NCBI GenBank assembly: GCA_041686315.1
Contig: JAWLEC010000001.1
Span: forward strand, 1 to 52,673
Length of the DNA stretch: 52,673 nucleotides
Origin: Ilumatobacteraceae bacterium
Lineage (GTDB): Bacteria; Actinomycetota; Acidimicrobiia; Acidimicrobiales; Ilumatobacteraceae
Direction of reading: 5' to 3'
In this document: positions 1 through 8,756 of the stretch, in pieces
Numbering within the stretch: position 1 is the first letter of the stretch
Layout: the number at the start of each line of letters is the position of its first letter
The notes under the pieces: generated by a model
The model's database searches: none
Told to the model about the DNA's origin: nothing
Seen by the model: the letters and a program-made list of their open reading frames with translations, nothing else
Position numbers and translations under genes: made by a program

Positions 1-365
1 TGCGAGTCGGTGCCGTTCGCGACGATCGGTGCCCCGCCGAACGCGGCGACGTCACCGCCGTGCCGCCGTGCGTCCGATGTCCGGCAGACGATCACCGAGT
101 AGTAGTCGCCCGGCGGGCAGGTCGGAAGATCGTCCGGAGCCACGTATGCCAGGGTGCCCAGCGGTACGACGGTGCCGGCTCCTTCACGGACGGGGTTGAG
201 CGAGCACACCTGATCGACCACCGTCGAGTGGTCCGACCACAGGTCATCCACGCCGTCCGGGCGGGTGAGCCGGTCCGGCGCATCGATCCCCGCCGCCCTG
301 AGCTGCCGGTGCACGAGTGACCAGAAGGTGTCCAACGCTGCACCGACCTCCGGCCAGTCGTACAT
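1..365 (-). CDS. PhnD/SsuA-like substrate-binding-domain protein, N-terminal 121 codons only (gene runs off left edge)
   Basis: Own minus-strand translation from ATG (CAT 363-365): MYDWPEVGAALDTFWSLVHRQLRAAGIDAPDRLTRP...CPPGDYYSVIVCRT. It is absent from the ORF track because there is no stop inside the window. The N-terminus looks like the cytosolic PhnD-domain family. Confidence 0.5.
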   Translation of the reverse strand, partial: MYDWPEVGAALDTFWSLVHRQLRAAGIDAPDRLTRPDGVDDLWSDHSTVVDQVCSLNPVREGAGTVVPLGTLAYVAPDDLPTCPPGDYYSVIVCRTSDARRHGGDVAAFGGAPIVANGTDS

Positions 366-385
366 GGGCAGTGCAGCACGTGCCG

Positions 386-1384
386 TCACTGCTGCACCGG
401 TTCGGTCGACACATCCACTCCGAGCTGCACGCGAAGATCCTGTTCGACCTCGCTGCGGCCCACCAACCACAGACCGGCGACCACGACGACGACCCCGAAC
501 CAGCCCATGGGCGGGATCGTCTCGTGGAGCACCACCGTGGCGAGCAGCGCGGCCGTGACCGGCTCGGCCAGCACCAACGTGACCGTGGTCGCCGACGTCA
601 ACCGTCGCAACCCGAATCCGAACAGCACGTAGGCCGCTCCCGTGGCGACCACCCCGAGGTAGAGGCCCATCGCCAGGCCCCCGTCGTCGCCGAGCCACTC
701 GTACGACTCACGGGACGCGAGCACCACCACGCCGACCGCGCCCACGGAGAACGGGGCGGCGAGAGCGAGCGTCGACGGCAGGCCACGTTGCATCGTCGAC
801 TTCGACGTGACCGAGTACACCGCATAGCCGAGCCCGGCGCACAGCGCCGCGGCGACACCGATCGGCTCGATGCCGGCATCGCCGGGTCGGGCACCGAGCA
901 CGAGGAGGCCGGCACCGATCACGGTGATCGTCGTGCCGGCGAACCAGCCTCCACGAGGCGGCGTCCGTCGCACCGTCCATTCGATCGCCCCGGCGAAGAA
1001 CGGGCCGCTCGAGATCGTGACGATCGTGCCGACGGCGACGCCGGCCCGGTCGACGGCGACGAAGAACAACGGCGTGTACGCCACGACGCCCAGACCGCCC
1101 AGCAGGATCCGCGGCCCGTGGCGGGAGAGCACCGCCTCGGGGAGCACGGGTTCGCCGTTCCGCCGTGCCAGGACCGTCACCACCGCCCACAGCACCACGG
1201 TGCCGACCACGATGCGCACGGCGCCGACCGACAGCGACGTCGCCGTGTCGGGCCCCAGCTCGCGGGCCGTTCCCGCCGTACCGAACAAGACGGCAGCGAA
1301 CAGCACCGACCCGATCGCCGCGGTCGTGGCGTCGACCGGTGGCTCGGGCTCGTCGCGCACGCCGCCAGTCTGGCCGACGGTCAC
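386..1384 (-). CDS. EamA/DMT-superfamily transporter
   Basis: 332-aa ORF with about 10 hydrophobic segments, Gly/Ala-rich, and a duplicated EamA-type architecture. Confidence 0.8.
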   Translation of the reverse strand: MTVGQTGGVRDEPEPPVDATTAAIGSVLFAAVLFGTAGTARELGPDTATSLSVGAVRIVVGTVVLWAVVTVLARRNGEPVLPEAVLSRHGPRILLGGLGVVAYTPLFFVAVDRAGVAVGTIVTISSGPFFAGAIEWTVRRTPPRGGWFAGTTITVIGAGLLVLGARPGDAGIEPIGVAAALCAGLGYAVYSVTSKSTMQRGLPSTLALAAPFSVGAVGVVVLASRESYEWLGDDGGLAMGLYLGVVATGAAYVLFGFGLRRLTSATTVTLVLAEPVTAALLATVVLHETIPPMGWFGVVVVVAGLWLVGRSEVEQDLRVQLGVDVSTEPVQQ

Positions 1385-1434
1385 GGCGCCCGCTCGTCCG
1401 GAATATCATTGCGCCCGCAAGCGTTGATCCGGGC

Positions 1435-2154
1435 ATGACCGTTCCTGCACCGACCGTCGACGTCAGGCGGGCGTCCGACCGGCCCGCCACCCGCATCGGC
1501 TGGCTCGACTCGAAGCACTCCTTCAGCTTCGGACGCCACTACGACCCCCGCAACACCCACCACGGCCTGCTGCTCGTGAACAACGACGACGTGGTCCGCG
1601 GCGGCTCCGGATTCGACACCCATCCGCATCGCGACATGGAGATCGTGACGTGGGTGCTGTCGGGCGAACTCGAGCACAAGGACTCCGAACGCAACCGGGG
1701 CGTGCTCTACCCCGGCCTCGCCCAACGCATGTCCGCCGGCACCGGCATCTGGCACTCGGAGATGAACAACTCGGGCAGCGAGGACGTCCACTTCGTGCAG
1801 ATGTGGGTGGTGCCCGACACCGAGTCGGTCGACCCCGGCTACGAGCAGCTCGACATCAACGCCGAACTCGACCGCGGTGGGCTCGTGCCCATCGCCTCCG
1901 GCCAGGGTCACGACGCCGCCATCTCGATCCGCCAGAACGGCGCCGTGCTGTACGGCGGGCGTCTGGCGGCCGGCGAGACCGTCGCCGTGCCCGACGATCG
2001 GCACGTGCACGTGTTCCTCCCCCGTGGAGCCGCCGACTTCGACGACGTCACGTCGCTGTCGACCGGCGATGCCGTGCGTCTCACGGGCGCCGGCGAGCGC
2101 ACCCTCAGCGCCGGCCCCGACGGGGCCGAGGTGCTGATCTGGGCCACTGCATGA
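1435..2154 (+). CDS. pirin family protein
   Basis: In-frame ATG at 1435 within ORF 1165..2154. Motifs WLDSKHSFSFGRHYDP and HPHRDMEIVTWVLSGELEHKDS are typical of the pirin cupin. Confidence 0.9.
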   Translation: MTVPAPTVDVRRASDRPATRIGWLDSKHSFSFGRHYDPRNTHHGLLLVNNDDVVRGGSGFDTHPHRDMEIVTWVLSGELEHKDSERNRGVLYPGLAQRMSAGTGIWHSEMNNSGSEDVHFVQMWVVPDTESVDPGYEQLDINAELDRGGLVPIASGQGHDAAISIRQNGAVLYGGRLAAGETVAVPDDRHVHVFLPRGAADFDDVTSLSTGDAVRLTGAGERTLSAGPDGAEVLIWATA

Positions 2155-2166
2155 CATCCTGAGTCC

Positions 2167-2793
2167 ATGTCCCCGATCGACCCCACGGCCACGACCACGA
2201 ACGTGGATGGCGAGGAAACCGACGTGGATCGCGAGGAGTTCGATCACTTCTCCGAGCTGGTGCGCCGTCGCCGGACCTCGATGATCGTCGACCGCGACCG
2301 CGATGTCCCACTGGACGTGATCGCCGAACTCTGCGGGCTCGTCACCTGGGCTCCGAACCACAAGAAGACCTGGCCGTGGCGGTTCGCCCTGTTCACCGGC
2401 GAGGGCCGGGCCCGGCTGGGCGAGACGATGGCCGCCGACATGCGCGCCGCCGACTTCGGCGACGACGCCAAGCGCGACAAGACCCGGAGCAAGTACCTGC
2501 GTACGCCGGCGACGCTGGTGGTCGGCTGTGCGCCACACGACGACGAGATGCTGCACGCCGAGAATCGCGACGCCGTCGCCGCGGGCATTCAGAACCTGCT
2601 GCTGGGGGCCACCACGCTGGGGCTCGCGTCGTTCTGGTCCACGCCGGCACTCGCCGACGCGCCGCACGTGCTGGAGCTGTCCGGCTTCGCGCCCGACGAC
2701 CGGATCGTGGGGATCGTCTATCTCGGATGGGCAGCCCAGGAGTGTCCCGCACCCCAGCGCCCCCCGCTGCCGATCACCCACGTCACGCGCTGA
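2167..2793 (+). CDS. nitroreductase family protein
   Basis: 208-aa ORF. RRRRTSM..., APNHKKTWPWRF and the C-terminal GIVYLGW are consistent with the nitroreductase fold. Confidence 0.75.
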   Translation: MSPIDPTATTTNVDGEETDVDREEFDHFSELVRRRRTSMIVDRDRDVPLDVIAELCGLVTWAPNHKKTWPWRFALFTGEGRARLGETMAADMRAADFGDDAKRDKTRSKYLRTPATLVVGCAPHDDEMLHAENRDAVAAGIQNLLLGATTLGLASFWSTPALADAPHVLELSGFAPDDRIVGIVYLGWAAQECPAPQRPPLPITHVTR

Positions 2794-2887
2794 GCGCCCG
2801 TCTCCCCGGCAACGGCTCGGGCGAGGTCCTTCGGGAGTCGACCCGACCGTTTTCGGATCGGCGGCGACGTCCGGCGACAATGGCGGC

Positions 2888-3520
2888 GTGACCGACCACG
2901 AGTGCCAGACGATCGTGACCCTCGATCTGGAGGGCGTGCTCGTCCCCGAGATCTGGGTCGCCGTCGCCGAGCGGACCGGTATCGAGAGCCTGCGCCGCAC
3001 GACGCGCGACGAGCCCGACTACGACGTGCTGATGCGGTACCGGCTCGACCTGCTGCACGAGCACGGCCTCACGATGGCGTTGATCGACGACGTGATCGCC
3101 GGGCTGCAGCCGCTCGACGGTGCCCGGGCGTTCCTCGACGAGCTGCGCGCCGAGACCCAGGTGGTGCTGCTGTCGGACACGTTCGAGCAGTTCGCCCGGC
3201 CGCTGATGCGCCAGCTCGGCTGGCCGACGGTGTTCTGCCACCGCCTCGTGGTGCAGGACGACCGCATCGTCGACTACCGGCTCCGCCAGCCCGACCAGAA
3301 GCAGCGTTCGGTCGAGGCGTTCCGCAGCCTCAACTATCGGGTGGTGGCGGCCGGCGACAGCTACAACGACACGACGATGCTCGGCGCCGCGGACGCCGGC
3401 TTCTTGTTCCATGCGCCGCCCAACGTGATCGCCGAGTTCCCGCAGTTCCCGGCGCTCGACACCTACGACGATCTGCTCGCCGCCATCCGCACCGCACTCC
3501 GAAAAATGCCCGATTCGTAG
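2888..3520 (+). CDS. thrH: phosphoserine phosphatase / homoserine phosphotransferase (ThrH-like HAD)
   Basis: GTG 2888 is in frame with ORF 2528..3520. LDLEGVLVPEIW...TTRDEPDYDVLM...AAGDSYNDTTML closely parallels Pseudomonas ThrH. The last 7 codons and the stop lie inside repeat A1. Confidence 0.8.
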   Translation: MTDHECQTIVTLDLEGVLVPEIWVAVAERTGIESLRRTTRDEPDYDVLMRYRLDLLHEHGLTMALIDDVIAGLQPLDGARAFLDELRAETQVVLLSDTFEQFARPLMRQLGWPTVFCHRLVVQDDRIVDYRLRQPDQKQRSVEAFRSLNYRVVAAGDSYNDTTMLGAADAGFLFHAPPNVIAEFPQFPALDTYDDLLAAIRTALRKMPDS

Positions 3521-3551
3521 CGCCTGGCGCTACGAACGAGGCATTTTTCGG
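3499..3551. repeat. 53-bp palindromic element, family A copy 1 (bidirectional terminator-like)
   Basis: CCGAAAAATGCCcgaTTCGTAGCGCctgGCGCTACGAAcgaGGCATTTTTCGG. It sits between convergent thrH and the mutase gene. Near-identical copies occur at 26131 and 40501. Confidence 0.85.
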
Positions 3552-3555
3552 GTGT

Positions 3556-5145
3556 TCAGGGGGTGTAGGTGCCGAAGACGTCACGGAGGGCGTCGCTGAT
3601 CTCGCCCAGGGTGGCGTCGGCACGCAGCGCGTCCTTCATGCCGTACAGCAGGTTGTCGCCTCCCGCGGCCGTGGCCTTCACCGCAGCGAGGGCCGACTCG
3701 ACGCCGGCGGTGTCGCGGTTGGCCTTGTACGCGGTGAGCCGGGCCACCTGGTTGCGCTCGAGCTCGGGGTCGGACGGGAACACCTGGGGCTCGGGTTCGT
3801 CGTCCATCGAGAACTTGTTGACGCCCACGATCACCCGCTCGTCGTCGTCGACCGACTTCGTGTACTCGTAGGCCGCCTGCTCGATCTCGTCCATCTGGAA
3901 ACCCGCCTCGATCGCCGTGACGGCACCGCCCATCTCGTCGATGCGCTCGATGTACTCCCAGGCGAGACGTTCCACGTCGTCGGTCAGCGACTCGACGAAG
4001 TACGAACCGGCCAACGGGTCGGGCGTGTCGGCCACCCCCGACTCGTAGCCGATGATCTGCTGGGTGCGCAGTGCCATGCGGGCCGCTTCCTCGGTGGGCA
4101 GGCTGAGTGCCTCGTCGTAGCCGTTGGTGTGCAGGCTCTGGGTGCCGCCGAGCACCGCCGCCATCGCCTGCAGCGTGACGCGCATGATGTTGTTCATCGG
4201 CTGCTGCGCGGTGAGCGTGGAGCCGCCGGTCTGGGTGTGGAACCGCAGCATCGCCGACTTCGGGTTCTGCGCACCGAACCGCTCGGTCATGATCCGGTGC
4301 CACATCCGCCGGCTGGCCCGGAACTTGGCCACCTCCTCGAAGAAGTTGTTGTGGCCGTTCCAGAAGAAGCTGAGACGGGGGGCGAAGTCGTCGACGTCGA
4401 GCCCCGCGTCGACCGCCGCCTGGACGTAGGCGATCGCGTTGGCAAGCGTGAACGCGATCTCCTGCACGGCCGTCGAACCGGCTTCGCGGATGTGGTAGCC
4501 CGAGATCGAGATGGTGTTCCAGTTCGGGACGTGCTTGCTGCAGTACTCGAAGATGTCGGTGATGATCCGCATCGACGGCCGTGGCGGGTACACGTAGGTA
4601 CCGCGGGCGATGTACTCCTTGAGCAGGTCGTTCTGGATGGTGCCGCCGATCTTGTCCGACGACACCCCGTTCTCCTCGGCGACCAGTTCGTACATCAGCA
4701 GCAGGATCGCCGCCGTGGAGTTGATGGTCATCGACGTGGTGACCTTGTCGAGCGGCAGGTCGGCCAGCAGCAGCCGCATGTCCTCCATCGAGTCGATGGC
4801 CACACCCACCTTGCCCACTTCGCCCTCGGCACGGCCGGCGTCGCTGTCGTAGCCCATCTGGGTCGGCAGGTCGAACGCGCACGACAGGCCCGTCTGGCCG
4901 GCGTCGAGCAGGAACTTGAACCGCTGGTTGGTGGACTCGGCGTTGCCGAATCCCGAGTACTGGCGCATCGTCCAGAGGCGACCGGTGTACATCGAGGAGT
5001 AGACGCCACGGGTGTACGGCGGCTGCCCGGGAGCGCCGAGCATCTCGTCGGGGTCCCATCCGTCGAGGTCGGTTGCGTCGTAGAGCCGCTTGATCGGGAT
5101 CCCCGAGTCGGTCTGCGGCAGGTCGTTCGCGTCAGCCATGGCCAC
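3556..5145 (-). CDS. methylmalonyl-CoA mutase family, catalytic (substrate-binding TIM barrel) subunit without B12-binding domain
   Basis: 529 aa. [37 protein letters not shown] and [11 protein letters not shown] are hallmark acyl-CoA mutase motifs. The length and C-terminus show no cobalamin-binding DxHxxG domain. Confidence 0.9.
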   Translation of the reverse strand: MAMADANDLPQTDSGIPIKRLYDATDLDGWDPDEMLGAPGQPPYTRGVYSSMYTGRLWTMRQYSGFGNAESTNQRFKFLLDAGQTGLSCAFDLPTQMGYDSDAGRAEGEVGKVGVAIDSMEDMRLLLADLPLDKVTTSMTINSTAAILLLMYELVAEENGVSSDKIGGTIQNDLLKEYIARGTYVYPPRPSMRIITDIFEYCSKHVPNWNTISISGYHIREAGSTAVQEIAFTLANAIAYVQAAVDAGLDVDDFAPRLSFFWNGHNNFFEEVAKFRASRRMWHRIMTERFGAQNPKSAMLRFHTQTGGSTLTAQQPMNNIMRVTLQAMAAVLGGTQSLHTNGYDEALSLPTEEAARMALRTQQIIGYESGVADTPDPLAGSYFVESLTDDVERLAWEYIERIDEMGGAVTAIEAGFQMDEIEQAAYEYTKSVDDDERVIVGVNKFSMDDEPEPQVFPSDPELERNQVARLTAYKANRDTAGVESALAAVKATAAGGDNLLYGMKDALRADATLGEISDALRDVFGTYTP

Positions 5146-5255
5146 GATCGTATTGCAGCCCGGGCGGGCCGGCCCGATCCGTCCCGATCCGTCGCCGAGA
5201 GGTGCGGGCCGCCGGTGCGCGGACCGCGCCCGCTCGGCTCACACCTCGGCCACGG

Positions 5256-5645
5256 TCACGTCGACGCGGCGACGATGGCGACCTCCATCTTCCACTCCGG
5301 ACGGGCCAGGGCCGGGACGGTGACGAGCGTCGATGCCGCGCGGCGACCCTCCAGCGAACGATCGCGGGCGGCCATCACGGCACCGAGATCGTCGAGGTGG
5401 TCGGCCACGACGTAGGTGGTCACCGACACGACGTCGGTGGAGTTCATCCGTGCGTCACGCAACACCGCGGCGATGTTCGACCAGACGACGTCGGCCTGCT
5501 CGCCGATGTCGTCGGGGACCGACCCGTCGGGCGCAACCGGCACCACGCCGGAGGTGTGCAGCCAACGCGTCGGCGACGTGGTCAGCACGGCATGCGCATA
5601 GTTCGCGGCCGGCGCAGCGATGTCGCTCGGGGAGATCTCGGGCAT
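5256..5645 (-). CDS. RidA/YjgF/L-PSP family protein
   Basis: 129-aa tail of ORF 5256..6419 starting at MPEISPSD (CAT 5643-5645). The size and sequence pattern are typical of RidA. Confidence 0.8.
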   Translation of the reverse strand: MPEISPSDIAAPAANYAHAVLTTSPTRWLHTSGVVPVAPDGSVPDDIGEQADVVWSNIAAVLRDARMNSTDVVSVTTYVVADHLDDLGAVMAARDRSLEGRRAASTLVTVPALARPEWKMEVAIVAAST

Positions 5646-5699
5646 CACCCGATCGTACGGCCCGAACGCAGGTGGGTGCAGACGAGTACGGTTGGGCCC

Positions 5700-6530
5700 A
5701 TGGCCATCACCGAAGACGCTGCGCCCACCACCGACTCGCCGCGGATGATCGACGGCGTCGAACTCACGCCGAAGGACGTCGGGATGAGCTTCCCCGAGTT
5801 CGACTCGGTGGAGGACGAGCGCCACTACCGCAAGACCCACCTCGCGGGTGCGCTGCGCACCTTCGGGCGCTTCGGGTTCTCCGAGGGCGTCGCCGGACAC
5901 ATCACCGTGCGCGACCCCGAGTACCCCGACATGTTCTGGGTGAACCCGTTCGGCATGAGCTTCCGCCACATCAAGCAGAGCGATCTCATCCTGGTCGACC
6001 ACGACGGCAACGTCGTGTACGGCTCCAAGCCCGTCAACCGTGCCGCCTTCGTGATCCACGCAGCGGTCCACGCAGCACGGCCCGACGTGGTCGCCGCCGC
6101 CCACGCCCACTCCCCCTTCGGCAAGTCCTTCAGCTCGCTCGGCATTCCGCTGGCCCCGCTCACCCAGGACGCCTGCGTCTTCTACGAGGACCACCACGTG
6201 ATCTCCGAGCAGGGCGGCGCGGTGGTGTTCGACGTCGAGGCCGGCCGGGAACTGGCATCCGAGTTCCCCGACGGCAAGGCCGCCATCCACCAGAACCACG
6301 GCCTGTTCACCGTCGGCCAGACCGTCGACGAGGCGGCGTTCTGGTTCATCTCCATGGAGCGTTCGTGCCAGGCGCAGCTGATGGCCATGGCCGCCGGCGA
6401 CCCGATCGAGATCAACCACGAGTACGCCACCTACACCCGCGAGAACACGGCGTATCCCGCGGCCGGGTGGTTCAGCTTCCAGCCGATGTGGGACGAGATC
6501 TCCCAGAGCGAACCCGAGCTGTTCGACTGA
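5700..6530 (+). CDS. class II aldolase/adducin family protein
   Basis: ATG 5700 is in frame with ORF 5202..6530. GHITVRDP...MFWVNPFG...AFVIHAAVHAARPDV..AAHAHSP fits the class II aldolase fold with metal-binding His residues. Confidence 0.85.
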   Translation: MAITEDAAPTTDSPRMIDGVELTPKDVGMSFPEFDSVEDERHYRKTHLAGALRTFGRFGFSEGVAGHITVRDPEYPDMFWVNPFGMSFRHIKQSDLILVDHDGNVVYGSKPVNRAAFVIHAAVHAARPDVVAAAHAHSPFGKSFSSLGIPLAPLTQDACVFYEDHHVISEQGGAVVFDVEAGRELASEFPDGKAAIHQNHGLFTVGQTVDEAAFWFISMERSCQAQLMAMAAGDPIEINHEYATYTRENTAYPAAGWFSFQPMWDEISQSEPELFD

Positions 6531-7438
6531 GCGGGCAACCTCCCCGGGCGGGTTCGGGCCCGGTCGGGCGCTGGCTCGACACCACCCAGCCGGAGGCGCT
6601 GTTCGTCCTCTCGGCGGTGGCGCAGTACATCGGGGCGGCGATCGCCGTCGTCCTGTTCGACCGGGTCGAGCCGCAGACGGTCGCCTGGTTCCGGGTCATC
6701 GGCGCCGCGCTGGTACTGCTGGCGGTGTCGCGCGGGTGGCGGTCGGGATGGACACGCGAGCAACTCGTCGCTGCCGGCCTGTTCGGCGTGGCGACGGCGT
6801 TGATGAACACGTTCTTCTACCTCGCCATCGACCGCATCGACCTCGGCAAGGCGGTGACGATCGAGTTCATCGGCCCCATCGCCGTCGCTGCGGTCGCCAC
6901 CCGGTCGGCCCGCAACGCCGTGGCGCTGCTCTTCGCCGTGGGTGGCGTGGTGGTGCTGGGCGGCGGCGAGATCGAGGGCAATGCGATCGGCCTGCTGTTC
7001 ATCTTCCTCGCGTCGGCGATGTGGGCGGCCTACATCGTGATCGGATCGCGTGTCGCCCAGCTCGACCGTGGCGTCGCCGGGCTGGGCATCGGCCTGGCGA
7101 TCGGCGCCGTCGCCATCACGCCACTCGGTGCACCGTGGAGCGGGCCGGTGTGGACGTCACCGACGCTGCTGGCGCTGTGCCTGCTGGTCGGCGTGTTCTC
7201 GAACGCGATCGGCTACGGCATCGACCAGTTCACGATGCGTCGCATCCCGGTGCGGCGCTTCTCGGTCCTGTTGGCACTGCTGCCCGTGACCGCCGCGTTC
7301 ATCGGCTGGGTGGCCCTCGATCAGCGACCGTCGCAGCTCGAACTGGTGGGCATCGCCCTGGTGCTGGTCGGCGTCGCCGTGCAGGAACGCGAGCAACTCG
7401 CCCCGCTCGAAGCCGAGGTCCTCACCGAACCCAGTTGA
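6527..7438 (+). CDS. EamA-family exporter (RhtA-like)
   Basis: C-terminal ~290 aa of ORF 5333..7438 is hydrophobic and RhtA-like (AQYIGAAIAVVLF...IEFIGPIAVA). There is no in-frame ATG/GTG/TTG upstream of TM1. Candidate starts are CTG 6527 (overlapping the aldolase stop) or GTG 6617, so the start is uncertain. Confidence 0.7.
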   Translation: MSGQPPRAGSGPVGRWLDTTQPEALFVLSAVAQYIGAAIAVVLFDRVEPQTVAWFRVIGAALVLLAVSRGWRSGWTREQLVAAGLFGVATALMNTFFYLAIDRIDLGKAVTIEFIGPIAVAAVATRSARNAVALLFAVGGVVVLGGGEIEGNAIGLLFIFLASAMWAAYIVIGSRVAQLDRGVAGLGIGLAIGAVAITPLGAPWSGPVWTSPTLLALCLLVGVFSNAIGYGIDQFTMRRIPVRRFSVLLALLPVTAAFIGWVALDQRPSQLELVGIALVLVGVAVQEREQLAPLEAEVLTEPS

Positions 7439-7471
7439 GACAGTGGGGTCAGACCCCGTCGTCTCAACTGG
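7431..7471. terminator. Palindromic hairpin (family C) spanning both convergent stop codons
   Basis: CCAGTTGAGAC-agtGGGGTcagACCCCgtc-GTCTCAACTGG. The 11-bp outer arms contain TGA 7436-7438 (+ gene) and TCA 7464-7466 (- gene stop). The GGGGTCAGACCCC core is shared with 36883-36913. Confidence 0.6.
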
Positions 7472-8627
7472 TGAGGCCGGGGGCGCAGAGGCCCTCGAGC
7501 TCGCGGATCTCGATGCGGTCGCGGTTCGCGTAGGTCACCTCGTTGGCGGGATCGGCCCTGAGGTTGAACACCCGGAACTCCATCTCGGTGGTGTCGACGG
7601 TGAGGATCCGCCCGATCAGCGGGTCGCCGAGATCGAGGATCACCTTGATGGTCTCGAGCGCCTGGATCGATCCGACGATGCCGGGCAGCACGCCCAGCAC
7701 GCCGGCCTCGGCGCAGCTCGGAGCGAGTTCGGCGGGAGGCGGCTCGGGCACCATGTCGCGGTAGGTGGGGCCCTGGGTGGGATGGAACACGCTGACCATG
7801 CCCTCGAACCGGAAGATCGAGCCGTGCACCACCGGGATGCCGAGCTTGACGCTGGCGTCGTTGAGCAGGTAGCGGCTGGGGAAGTTGTCGGCGCCGTCGA
7901 CGATCACGTCGTAGCCGGCGATGATGTCGAGGATGTTCGACGCGTCGAGACGCGTGTCGTAGGTGACCACGTCGACGTCGGGGTTCAACATGGTGAGCGT
8001 CTTCTTGGCCGAGTCGACCTTGCGGTCGCCGATGCGGTCGATGTTGTGCAGGATCTGACGCTGCAGGTTCGACGAGTCGACCTCGTCCATGTCGACGACG
8101 CCGATCGTGCCAACGCCGGCAGCGGCGAGATACAGCGCGGCGGGTGACCCCAGGCCGCCGGCGCCGAGCATCAGCACCTTGGCATCGAGCAGCTTCACCT
8201 GACCCTCGGTGCCCACCTCGGGCAGGAGCAGGTGGCGCTTGTAGCGGTTGTTCTGCTCGGGCGTGAGCGACGCCGGCTGCTTCCACGGGCGGCCCTCGTC
8301 CTTCCAACGGCCGAAGCCGCCCTCCATCGACGTGACGTCGCTGAAGCCGAGTTCGGCGAGGGTCCTGGCGGCGAACGCCGACCGCACGCCGCCGGCGCAG
8401 TAGACGACCACCGGAGCGGTCTTGTCGGCGATGCGGTTCTCGATCTGGGCCTCGAGGTGACCGCGTGGGATGTGGATCGCGTGCTCGAGCGCACCTTCTT
8501 CGTATTCGTCGGGTTCGCGGACGTCGAGGGCGAGTGCGCCGTCGGCGATGTACTCGGCGGCGGTCTCGGTGTCGATCTCGCGGATCTCCGCCTTGGCGGC
8601 GGCGAGCAGGTCACGGAACGTTGCCAT
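7464..8627 (-). CDS. moeB: rhodanese-domain / MoeB-ThiF (E1-like) adenylyltransferase fusion
   Basis: 387 aa. The N-terminal rhodanese has active-site loop CAGGVRS. It is followed by the ThiF/MoeB Rossmann motif LGAGGLGSPAALYLAAAGVG..VDMDEVDSSNLQRQ. Confidence 0.9.
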   Translation of the reverse strand: MATFRDLLAAAKAEIREIDTETAAEYIADGALALDVREPDEYEEGALEHAIHIPRGHLEAQIENRIADKTAPVVVYCAGGVRSAFAARTLAELGFSDVTSMEGGFGRWKDEGRPWKQPASLTPEQNNRYKRHLLLPEVGTEGQVKLLDAKVLMLGAGGLGSPAALYLAAAGVGTIGVVDMDEVDSSNLQRQILHNIDRIGDRKVDSAKKTLTMLNPDVDVVTYDTRLDASNILDIIAGYDVIVDGADNFPSRYLLNDASVKLGIPVVHGSIFRFEGMVSVFHPTQGPTYRDMVPEPPPAELAPSCAEAGVLGVLPGIVGSIQALETIKVILDLGDPLIGRILTVDTTEMEFRVFNLRADPANEVTYANRDRIEIRELEGLCAPGLTS

Positions 8628-8756
8628 GCGAAGGACTCTACCGGCGAATCCCTACCGATCCGATCAGGTATCGGGATCCGTCCGGCCGGAACGTCGCTGC
8701 GGCGTGTTCTGACGCCCGTCGCAGCCCGACGACGTGGACCGCCGATGCGCCCGCCG

